Below, piece after piece: positions 56,299 to 64,000 of a stretch of DNA of 64,000 nt. Each line of letters starts with the position of its first letter. Within the stretch, counting starts at the first letter, position 1. Source of the DNA: Candidatus Moraniibacteriota bacterium. GTDB lineage: Bacteria > Patescibacteriota > Minisyncoccia > Moranbacterales > GCA-2747515. Where the stretch lies: contig CP065011.1 in NCBI GenBank assembly GCA_016699795.1, positions 482,474 through 546,473 on the forward strand, in the 5' to 3' direction. The notes below the pieces were generated by a model. The model saw only the letters and a list, made by a program, of their open reading frames with translations. It was not told the origin of the DNA and did no database searches. A program made the translations under genes and the position numbers.

Positions 56299-58929
56299 TT
56301 AAAAAGACACTTCAATTTTTTTCTCATCTTCTGCTGTATTTCCTACTTCATCTTGAAGTTTAACTTTGATAGAAAGTGTAGATCCATTTTTATCCTCTGG
56401 TATTGAATAAGAAATTGATTTAGAGGATGTTTTTTCTATTACATTTCCATCCACGATGTATTCAATAGAATCGATATCATAAGGAGAGTCTACATCAGTA
56501 CTTATAACGAGAGATCGTTGTGTGATTTGATTAGGGATAGAGAGTGATATTTTTGGTTTATACTCAGAAAAATCATCTTTTTTACATTCATCCTCAGGAG
56601 CTTCATCAAAAATATAATCTTCATCTTTATAATATTTCTGAACAGCTTTTTCCCAATTTTTATATTGAGGATCACTTTCGGGATTTTTTGGTTTCTCTCC
56701 TAGAGGATCTTTAATATCAACAAAATAAAGTATGGTATGTGCGTTAGCAAAATCTTTTTTTTCTTCATCATTATTGTCAGTACAATATTTATTAGCAAGA
56801 CAATATTTATCCTTTTTTCCTGGTATTTTACAAACTTTCACATTTTCTTTTATAGAGAGCTCACCATTAAGAATATCTTTTTCTCTTTTAAATTTTTCTT
56901 TATCGTATTCTGGAAAAGACTCCTTATTTGTATTTTTTAAAACTTCCTCAAGAAAAGAACGCCAAATAGGCGCGGCGATAACGCTACCATCAGCACCTAT
57001 TTTCATAGAACGATTATCATTATTACCAACCCAAACACCAACAGAAAGTGTTGGTGTATAACCCATTGTCCAAGCATCTCTGAATTCATTCGTTGTTCCT
57101 GTTTTTGCAGCGACTTGATAATTATCAAAACGAAGAAAGTTTTTTTCTCCAAATACAGGGGATCGGTATGCATTAGTTGAAAGAACATGATCTAACATAG
57201 CGACGTATTCTTCCTCTACAACACGAACACCTTGAGAAGATGTAAATTCTTCTAGGATTTTATTATCTTTCGTAACAACTCGAAGAATAGATGTTTTTTC
57301 ACGTCGAATACCACCCGATGCTAATGTCGCATAAGCATGAGTATGATCAAGAAGTTTTACTTCTCCACCACCAAGAACAAGAGAGAGGCCATAGCGACTA
57401 GGGTTATTGAGAGAGGTTATACCAAGACTTTTGGAAAGATTAATACTTTCTTTTGTACCAGCAAGATAAAGAGTTTTTACGGCAGGAATATTTAAAGATT
57501 GTGCTAAAGCTTCTTTCATAGGAACAGGACCACTAAATGTCCCATTATAATTTTGAGGAGAGTAGCCACCTTCTTTTTCATTATCAAATTGTGTTTCAAC
57601 ATCAAAAAGTATAGTTTCGGGTGTATATCCTTTTGTGAAAGCTGTAAGATATACAAAGGGTTTTATGGAGGATCCTGGTTGACGATCACGAAGAGCTACA
57701 TTTACTTGACCATCAATATCTTCACTAAAAAAATCTTTTGATCCAACCATGGCTACTATTTGACTATTTTTTGGATCTATAGCAACGAGTGCCGCATTCT
57801 CAGCATTCCATGAAGTTTTGTTTTTTTCTGCGCCTTCTCGAACAACTTTTTCTGCAAGTTGTTGTTTTTCCCAATCAAGTGTGGTGATAACAGAAAGACC
57901 TCCTTGTTCTAGCATTTCAACACCATATTTTTCTTCAAGATATTCTTTTACATACATAACAAAATGAGGTGCAAAAATATTATGAAGCTGAGGTTTTATT
58001 TTCTCAAGCGTATTTATATTTTTTGAATTTTCATATTCTTCTTGGGAGATGTAGCCTTTTTCTAGCATTTTGGATAAGGCTAATTGTTGTCTAGCGATAA
58101 GCTTCTCTGTTCGTGACCCGAATGGAGAAAGTGTTGAGGGTGCTTGGGGGAGTGATGCAAGAAGCGCAGATTCGTCAAGTGTCAAATCTTTAGCATTCTT
58201 ATTAAAGAATGTTTGTGATGCTGATTCTATTCCATAAGCATTTGATCCGTAGGGAATCTCATTAAGATACATAGAGAGTATTTCATCTTTGGAAAATTTT
58301 TGCTCTACTCGAAGAGAAAGAATAACCTCTTTAATTTTTCGTGTGTATGTTTTTTCAGATGTCAAGAGGGAATTTTTTATGAGCTGTTGTGTTATAGTGG
58401 AGGCTCCACGTTCTATATTCATTTTTATAATATTATTAAGAGCAACTCTTAATATGGAATCAATTTTTATACCTCGATGGTAATAAAAATCTTGATCCTC
58501 AAGTACTATCGTTGCATATTTCACACTAGAGGGAATATCGGAAAAAGGAATAAGTGTTCGTTTTTGTTCCCCATGAATTTCATAAAGAAGATGTTGACCT
58601 GTTCGATCATAAATTTTTGTGGACTCTGGTATTACTCGATCATTTACTTGACCTGGTGAGGGGAGATCTTTTGAAAAATAAAAAAACATTCCAATTAAAA
58701 AGATACTACCCAGACCAAAAAGAATACCAAGAATAGTAAAAAATTTTTTCCATGAAATTTTAAATCCTTTTTTTTCTTTTTGAGAATTGTTTTCGGGTGC
58801 TAATTTTCCATTTTTTGAAGAAGAAGATTCAAAAGAAGACTTCTTAATAACTGAGTTTTTTCTCTCGGGAAGATATTTTTTTGTAAAGATATAATTCATA
58901 AAATGATAGAATAAAGTATATTTAACCAT
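56299..58929 (-). CDS. class A penicillin-binding protein (PBP1A-type transglycosylase/transpeptidase) with C-terminal extension
   Basis: 876 aa. N-terminal TM. GT51 motifs (EDQDFYYHRGID, RGASTITQQL). Transpeptidase SSIKPF (SxxK) and KTGTT. ~170-aa extra C-terminal domain. Confidence 0.85.
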   Translation of the reverse strand: MVKYTLFYHFMNYIFTKKYLPERKNSVIKKSSFESSSSKNGKLAPENNSQKEKKGFKISWKKFFTILGILFGLGSIFLIGMFFYFSKDLPSPGQVNDRVIPESTKIYDRTGQHLLYEIHGEQKRTLIPFSDIPSSVKYATIVLEDQDFYYHRGIKIDSILRVALNNIIKMNIERGASTITQQLIKNSLLTSEKTYTRKIKEVILSLRVEQKFSKDEILSMYLNEIPYGSNAYGIESASQTFFNKNAKDLTLDESALLASLPQAPSTLSPFGSRTEKLIARQQLALSKMLEKGYISQEEYENSKNINTLEKIKPQLHNIFAPHFVMYVKEYLEEKYGVEMLEQGGLSVITTLDWEKQQLAEKVVREGAEKNKTSWNAENAALVAIDPKNSQIVAMVGSKDFFSEDIDGQVNVALRDRQPGSSIKPFVYLTAFTKGYTPETILFDVETQFDNEKEGGYSPQNYNGTFSGPVPMKEALAQSLNIPAVKTLYLAGTKESINLSKSLGITSLNNPSRYGLSLVLGGGEVKLLDHTHAYATLASGGIRREKTSILRVVTKDNKILEEFTSSQGVRVVEEEYVAMLDHVLSTNAYRSPVFGEKNFLRFDNYQVAAKTGTTNEFRDAWTMGYTPTLSVGVWVGNNDNRSMKIGADGSVIAAPIWRSFLEEVLKNTNKESFPEYDKEKFKREKDILNGELSIKENVKVCKIPGKKDKYCLANKYCTDNNDEEKKDFANAHTILYFVDIKDPLGEKPKNPESDPQYKNWEKAVQKYYKDEDYIFDEAPEDECKKDDFSEYKPKISLSIPNQITQRSLVISTDVDSPYDIDSIEYIVDGNVIEKTSSKSISYSIPEDKNGSTLSIKVKLQDEVGNTAEDEKKIEVSF

Positions 58930-58991
58930 ATTTTCTCTAAAAAGAAATTTTCTTTTTAGAGAAATGGCTATGTGAGATACAATTTTACTTC

Positions 58992-60407
58992 TTATTTTAC
59001 TTCAATAAGAAATTTCTTTAAATCACGTCGTCCAATAAGAACAGGATATTTTAAATGTTCTCGACTTGATATATTTAATTTAGAAGCAATATTCCTTTCA
59101 TTCATAATAAACTCTACAAGAACTACTGGACGAAGAGAAACGCCTGTGGCTGAAAAAACGAGAGAAACATCTTCTAAATGGGGAATTTTGTCATGATATT
59201 TTTCAAAAATCTGTTTTTCTAAAATTCTTCCGTATTTACTATTTTGAATATTAAATATTTCATCCGCAGTAAGTTTTTCAAAAATCTCTAAAGTTTTTTC
59301 GAAACCAAGTTTTTTTGCAAGATCTGTATCTATAGATGTTGAGTATGCTCCAGTATCTATTTTTGCCTTTACTTCAATTTGTCTATTATTTCTTCCAAAT
59401 AATTGAATCATTTCCATGGTTCCTATAACTTTTCTTCCAGAGATTTCTTCCAAGCTCTCCTCGATTTCTCCTCCGAAAAGATTTTTGCCTACGCGAGTGC
59501 CATGTTCCACACTTTTTATTTTTAAACCTGCCACGCGATCAAGCCGTTCACGAAGTCCTGAACGATTAGCTACTTGAATTTGAAGACCGGGACGGGAGTT
59601 TAATTCAAGAAAAACTGGACCTTTTTCTCTATCAATAGCAATGTCAGCACCAAGAAATCCTAAGCCAGAAACTTTTTGAGCTTCTATGGCGAGATGAAGA
59701 ATTTCCGTCCAATGAGGAATTTTTATTCCCGAAAGAGGCATTTCTGTTCCGGGAAGATATTCCACAGGACGAGCTTTTTTCCCATAGACTGCTGTTGTGG
59801 TAACGCCAGATGCCATATCAATTCCTAATCCCAAGGCTCCTTGTTGTAAATTTGCTTTTCCTTCAGATTCTTTTGTGGGGAGGCGGAGCATGGCCATAAC
59901 AGGAACATTGTTAAAAACAATAACGCGAATATCAGGAATTCCTTTAAAGGTATAGGGTTTAAATGTTTTACTTAGGCGCATGCGTTCTTCAAAAAAAGCA
60001 GTATCAGAAGTTCCTGATAAGGAAAAGGATCCGTCTAAAATATTATGAATATGCTCTTTTAGATCATACATCCCCACTTTTGAGCCATCAGCTTTTATCC
60101 ACGTAAGAGGATCTTTTTTTGATTTAGCATAGACAACAAGTATTCCACCACCACCAAATCCTCTATTTGGTTTTAAAACAAAAGTAGAGGGAAGAGATTC
60201 CCAATTGAACTGTTCAAGATCTTTATGTGTCTTTATGGAAGTTATCAAATCAGGCACAGGAAGGCCGTGTTTCTTAAAAAGCTTTTTACTAAGAAGTTTG
60301 TTATCAGCTAAAATTCTTGCTTTTCGAAGATTATTGGGTCGAATAAAATGAAGGTTCCGGGCATTCATTCCAAGAACAGACTTGCTTTTGTGAAAAAAAT
60401 CGAACAT
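58992..60407 (-). CDS. RimK-like ATP-grasp (alpha-L-glutamate-ligase-like) fused to retropepsin-like (DTGA) domain
   Basis: 471 aa. N-terminal ...FVLKPNRGFGGGGILVV...DIRVIVFNNVPVMAMLRLP... (ATP-grasp). C-terminal ...EVKAKIDTGAYSTSID...VLIGRRDL... with Asp-Thr-Gly-Ala aspartyl-protease signature (DUF785-like). Confidence 0.6.
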   Translation of the reverse strand: MFDFFHKSKSVLGMNARNLHFIRPNNLRKARILADNKLLSKKLFKKHGLPVPDLITSIKTHKDLEQFNWESLPSTFVLKPNRGFGGGGILVVYAKSKKDPLTWIKADGSKVGMYDLKEHIHNILDGSFSLSGTSDTAFFEERMRLSKTFKPYTFKGIPDIRVIVFNNVPVMAMLRLPTKESEGKANLQQGALGLGIDMASGVTTTAVYGKKARPVEYLPGTEMPLSGIKIPHWTEILHLAIEAQKVSGLGFLGADIAIDREKGPVFLELNSRPGLQIQVANRSGLRERLDRVAGLKIKSVEHGTRVGKNLFGGEIEESLEEISGRKVIGTMEMIQLFGRNNRQIEVKAKIDTGAYSTSIDTDLAKKLGFEKTLEIFEKLTADEIFNIQNSKYGRILEKQIFEKYHDKIPHLEDVSLVFSATGVSLRPVVLVEFIMNERNIASKLNISSREHLKYPVLIGRRDLKKFLIEVK

Positions 60408-60416
60408 AAAAATAAA

Positions 60417-61064
60417 CTATTTCAAAATATCTCGAAAACGCCAATATTCACTAATACGTAGACCTGTCCATTTCCCTACAGCAATATTGAGAACAATGGT
60501 AAGAAAAACAATCCAGGGAGATGCTAAAAGAAGGGTTTGAAAAGAAGGAATGCTGGTAAAATAATAACTTACTAAAGAAATAAGGAGTGTTTGACCAGAA
60601 ACAATGAAAGCTTCCTTCGTTCCTTTTTCCATTTGAGTAACAATAATTTTTTCAACTAAGGCAATCATAATGATAATAGGCGCTATAGACATAGCAGCAA
60701 AACCTGTTCGTTGAACAGAGCCACTTAAAGCCAAAAGGAGAAGTATAACGAAAGAAATAAAAGTTAATGTAATAGCTACTCGAGGAAGATAAAGGAGTCG
60801 AAATTTTTTAAGAAGGAAACGAGAAATCATTCCAACAAGAATAACGGTAGCAAAAATAGCAACGCCATATTTTACCCCAACAACAAGAAAAGAAAATGTT
60901 ATAAGTGTGGGCGTATAAATTCCAAAAGCCTTTATTCCAAAAACTTGTCTAAAAAAAGCAACGAGCGTTACTACAAAAGGAAGAAGAAGGAGATGTAATA
61001 CTGTTTCTTCAGGGACATTATGACTTATTATGTTGAGTATCCAGGGATGATAGAATGATTCCAT
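60417..61064 (-). CDS. multi-pass membrane protein (candidate 7TM-type partner of the RimK-like gene)
   Basis: 215 aa with ~6 TM helices. Immediately upstream and co-oriented with the ATP-grasp fusion (10-nt gap). Confidence 0.4.
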   Translation of the reverse strand: MESFYHPWILNIISHNVPEETVLHLLLLPFVVTLVAFFRQVFGIKAFGIYTPTLITFSFLVVGVKYGVAIFATVILVGMISRFLLKKFRLLYLPRVAITLTFISFVILLLLALSGSVQRTGFAAMSIAPIIIMIALVEKIIVTQMEKGTKEAFIVSGQTLLISLVSYYFTSIPSFQTLLLASPWIVFLTIVLNIAVGKWTGLRISEYWRFRDILK

Positions 61065-61085
61065 AGTGAATAATTATAAAATTTA

Positions 61086-61592
61086 CTATTTGAAAGGATT
61101 ATTTTTTCTACTATGAGCATGACAAAGCGCTATTGCTAAGGCGTCGGCTGTATCGTCAGGGGTTGGTATCTCTGGAAGAGAGAAAAGAGATGTTATCATT
61201 ATCTGCATTTGATACTTTTCTGCTCTACCATAGCCCGTTATCGATTGTTTTACCTGAAGCGGAGTGTATTCGGCGATACTAAGACCTTCATTAGCTAGTG
61301 TCAAGAGTATAGCACCTCGAGCCTGTGCTACTGTTATTATAGTCTTTTGGTTCTTAAAAAAAAAGAGCTTCTCAATTGCAGCCTCTTGGGGTTTATATTT
61401 CTTGCAAATATTTCGTATATCAAAAATTATTTCTTGAAGTCTTTCCACATCTTTATTTTTAGAAGATGTTTGAATGTGGCCATAAGCGATAGCTTTAGGT
61501 TTGATATCTACTTCTATAACTGCCCATCCCGTAGTGGCTGTCCCAGGATCAATTCCAAGAATAATTATTTTAGGTGAAGTTTCTTTTTTCAT
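61086..61592 (-). CDS. ruvC: crossover junction endodeoxyribonuclease RuvC
   Basis: 168 aa. IILGIDPGTATTGWAVIEV N-terminus (catalytic Asp). ...ADALAIALCHA... C-terminal motif. Confidence 0.85.
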   Translation of the reverse strand: MKKETSPKIIILGIDPGTATTGWAVIEVDIKPKAIAYGHIQTSSKNKDVERLQEIIFDIRNICKKYKPQEAAIEKLFFFKNQKTIITVAQARGAILLTLANEGLSIAEYTPLQVKQSITGYGRAEKYQMQIMITSLFSLPEIPTPDDTADALAIALCHAHSRKNNPFK

Positions 61593-61631
61593 TATTTTAC
61601 AAAAATATCACTACAATAGAAAAAGTGATAT

Positions 61632-62360
61632 TTAAATATTGTCGTAAATATTTTGAACATCTTCTTGTTCATCAAACTGCTCAAGGAGTGTTTCATAGCG
61701 AGAATATTCTTCATCAGAAAGAGAGATTTTTTGAGTACTTCGATATCCGATAGTAGAACTTAGTATGGAAATGTTTTTTTTCACAAGATTTTCCTGAGTT
61801 GTTTTTAAATTTTTTATTTCCGTATAGACAATAATAACATCATCTCTTATTTCTATATCAGAAGCACCAGCATCAATAATTATCATTTCCAAATCTTCTT
61901 GAGAAACTACTTGATCTTGAGAAAGTTCAATAATACCAACATTATCAAAAAGGTATCCAACAGATCCATTTGGAACCATTTGGCCCCCAGACTTTTTGAG
62001 AAAAGTTTTAATTTCAGAAACGGCACGATTTTTGTTATCAGTTGCAACAAGAATCATAAGAGAAATCTGACCAGCTGAAACGGGAATAAGTCCTTCATAA
62101 ACAATTTCTTGTATATCCCCACCTTCTTTTAACTCACCCGTACCTCTTTTTATAGCCCTTTCTATATTTTCTTTTGGCATATTCGCACTTCGAGCCTGGT
62201 CAACAAGGAGACGAAGACGAACATTCATAGAAACATCCCCTCCACCATCTTTAGCCGCTATAGTGATAAGTTTTCCAAATTTTGTGAATACAGAAGCCCT
62301 TTTTGCGTCAGTGATGGCTTTTTTGTGGCGAATACCATGCCAATGAGAATGTCCAGACAT
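61632..62360 (-). CDS. yebC: YebC/PmpR-family probable transcriptional regulator
   Basis: 242 aa starting MSGHSHWHGIRHKKA..., the invariant YebC N-terminus. Confidence 0.85.
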   Translation of the reverse strand: MSGHSHWHGIRHKKAITDAKRASVFTKFGKLITIAAKDGGGDVSMNVRLRLLVDQARSANMPKENIERAIKRGTGELKEGGDIQEIVYEGLIPVSAGQISLMILVATDNKNRAVSEIKTFLKKSGGQMVPNGSVGYLFDNVGIIELSQDQVVSQEDLEMIIIDAGASDIEIRDDVIIVYTEIKNLKTTQENLVKKNISILSSTIGYRSTQKISLSDEEYSRYETLLEQFDEQEDVQNIYDNI

Positions 62361-62619
62361 ACAATTATAATAAGTTGTTAATTACAGTATTCTATAATAA
62401 GAATAATGCTTGAAATACTATAAAAAATCAATACAAACTATTTAAGTGACAAGAGGAGAATAAGAAATAATAAAGTATTTGAAAATTATAAAGTTCATAA
62501 ATGTAAATATAGGTAATGAATTTTTTTAATATAAAAATAACTAATTTTTTAAAGAATGTTAAAATTTGCACAAAGAAAAAGAGGAAATAATATAATTTCC
62601 TCTTCGTAAGGACGTCCTT

Positions 62620-63102
62620 TTAATATAAAGCTTTTATTATATTTTTCGAGAGCTGAGTGTGTTCTTCTCTCCATTTTAAATCTTGTGGAGAAAGATACTT
62701 AAAACGACCATCACACACATCAGCAATGCGTTGTAAATCAGCTCGCGCAAGTGCGCCGATACTCATTCTTCCGTAAAGTTTTTTATTCTCCGTTATCCGA
62801 CGAGGAACACTAAGTGTCTCAAAAAAAAGAATAGGGCTACCCCCGCCATCGCGACGATAAAGATATTTCTCCATGTCTTTATCGAGAGGAATATCCCAAT
62901 CTAATTCAGAATTGAGACGAAAACATCCAGGAAATCCGAGTTTTCTATCATTGAGGGGAAAAGAATTCTCGAGTAAAATTTCATGTCCTATGTATCTGGG
63001 ATATTTTCTTTCCAGATAATGATCAATGAAATTTGTAACAACAACGAGAATTTTCTCAAAAAGAAATACTGTGCCTGGCTCTACGTTTTTTCTTTGATAC
63101 AT
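62620..63102 (-). CDS. hypothetical protein
   Basis: 160-aa ORF. No TM. No motif recognised with confidence. Confidence 0.4.
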   Translation of the reverse strand: MYQRKNVEPGTVFLFEKILVVVTNFIDHYLERKYPRYIGHEILLENSFPLNDRKLGFPGCFRLNSELDWDIPLDKDMEKYLYRRDGGGSPILFFETLSVPRRITENKKLYGRMSIGALARADLQRIADVCDGRFKYLSPQDLKWREEHTQLSKNIIKALY

Positions 63103-63425
63103 GGAACACCTCCTATTTTTTGCGAGATCTCTTCGAAAGAACTATTGGTAACAGTTTACTCAAAAAAACATATATGGCAAGTTTTTTGCTTTTTGAGAGA
63201 GAAGAAGCGTCAATTCGAAATATTTTTTGGTGTTTTTAAAATAAACATTTTTTGATTTGATGTTGAGAATAAAGAGAAAACCTTTTATAGTTGAATACAC
63301 AAAAGAAAAAAATAGAAGGATAGAAATTTGAGAAATTTCTTTTATGACGTACATTAAGAGTAAGAAAAAATGATAGAGTAAGGATAAAGAAGAGTTTTTT
63401 CGCGAAGATACATTACTGGTTATTT

Positions 63426-64000
63426 ATGAAATGTTCCTCTATGACTATACAAAAAAACAATAATACGCTTCTCCTCCTTGATGGAAATGCTATTATCCAT
63501 CGCGCGTTTCACGCTCTTCCACCTCTTACAACAAAAGATGGTAGGATTGTTAATGCTGTATATGGGTTTTCCATGACACTTCTTTCGGTTATTGAAAAGT
63601 TTCAACCTACCCATGTAGTAGCCTCATTCGATCTTTCTGGACCTACGTTTAGACATGAAGCTTACGAAGGGTATAAAGCAAAAAGAGTAAAAGCGCCTGA
63701 TGAATTGTATGCCCAAATTCCTTTGGTAAAAGAAGTTGTTCGAGCTTTTGATATTCCTATTTATGAAAAAAAAGGATTTGAGGCGGATGATATGATTGGA
63801 AGTATAGCGAAATTAGCTTCAAAAAAAGGATTTAGAGTTATAATTGTTACGGGAGATAATGATGCTTTACAGCTAGTGGATAGTAATATAAAAGTATTTA
63901 CTATGCGAAGGGGGATAAAAGACACCGTTCTTTTTGATAGTGAAAAAGTAATAGAGAAATATGGATTTTCTCCAGAAAAAATTCCTGATTATAAGGGACT
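63426..64000 (+). CDS. polA: DNA polymerase I, N-terminal 5'-3' exonuclease domain (3' end outside window)
   Basis: ...LLLLDGNAIIHRAFHALPPLTTKDGRIVNAVYGFSMTLL...AYEGYKAKRVKAPDELYAQIPLVKEVVRAFDIPIYEKKGFEADDMIGSIAKLA...IVTGDNDALQL are the hallmark 5'-nuclease motifs. Confidence 0.85.
   Translation, partial: MKCSSMTIQKNNNTLLLLDGNAIIHRAFHALPPLTTKDGRIVNAVYGFSMTLLSVIEKFQPTHVVASFDLSGPTFRHEAYEGYKAKRVKAPDELYAQIPLVKEVVRAFDIPIYEKKGFEADDMIGSIAKLASKKGFRVIIVTGDNDALQLVDSNIKVFTMRRGIKDTVLFDSEKVIEKYGFSPEKIPDYKG

Noticed and set aside
1-64000. Alternative genetic code (UGA=Gly, code 25) as in some CPR lineages
   Set aside because: Long genes (gyrA, pnp, PBP1A, uvrD, dnaA) are full-length with standard stops in the supplied ORF track, so the standard code 11 fits.

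Overview
AT-rich, gene-dense bacterial chromosome segment. Gene content and size suggest a reduced-genome, Patescibacteria/CPR-like organism using the standard genetic code, since long genes such as gyrA, pnp and a class A PBP are intact. The window spans the replication origin neighbourhood: rpmH-rnpA-yidC-jag on the minus strand, divergent from dnaA-dnaN, with DnaA boxes present. Other housekeeping genes include ftsH (3' end), xerC/D-like recombinase, uvrD/pcrA, ksgA, yifB/comM, lspA, yraN, pnp, rpsO, gyrA, rbfA, nrnA, a family-4 UDG, rpsA, ruvC, yebC and polA (5' end). There are five tRNAs (Val, Ala, Arg, Cys, Leu) and an unannotated 44-aa rpmH. The most unusual region is a roughly 17 kb plus-strand locus (27.9-45.1 kb) encoding a Gram-positive/CPR-style type IV secretion-like apparatus. 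It contains a VirB4 ATPase split across two ORFs, a VirB3-like two-TM protein, a VirB6/PrgH-like polytopic protein and a 1000-aa Cys-rich surface protein. Two paralogous chimeras carry a signal peptide, a Cys-rich ectodomain and a T4SS-pilin-like two-TM hairpin, fused to a lytic transglycosylase in one and an NlpC/P60-type peptidase in the other. The two chimeras share a 309-nt nucleotide-identical pilin cassette. No relaxase or VirD4 is present in the window. Other notable items are a 5-copy 47-nt tandem repeat with an internal palindrome upstream of a tRNA promoter, a GC-rich hairpin-rich intergenic island that is a candidate ncRNA, a UbiA prenyltransferase with an extra N-terminal multi-TM domain, a RimK-like ATP-grasp fused to a retropepsin-like (DTGA) domain next to a multi-TM protein, and a surface-polysaccharide cluster with two O-antigen-ligase-like paralogs, two GT2 enzymes and a flippase.
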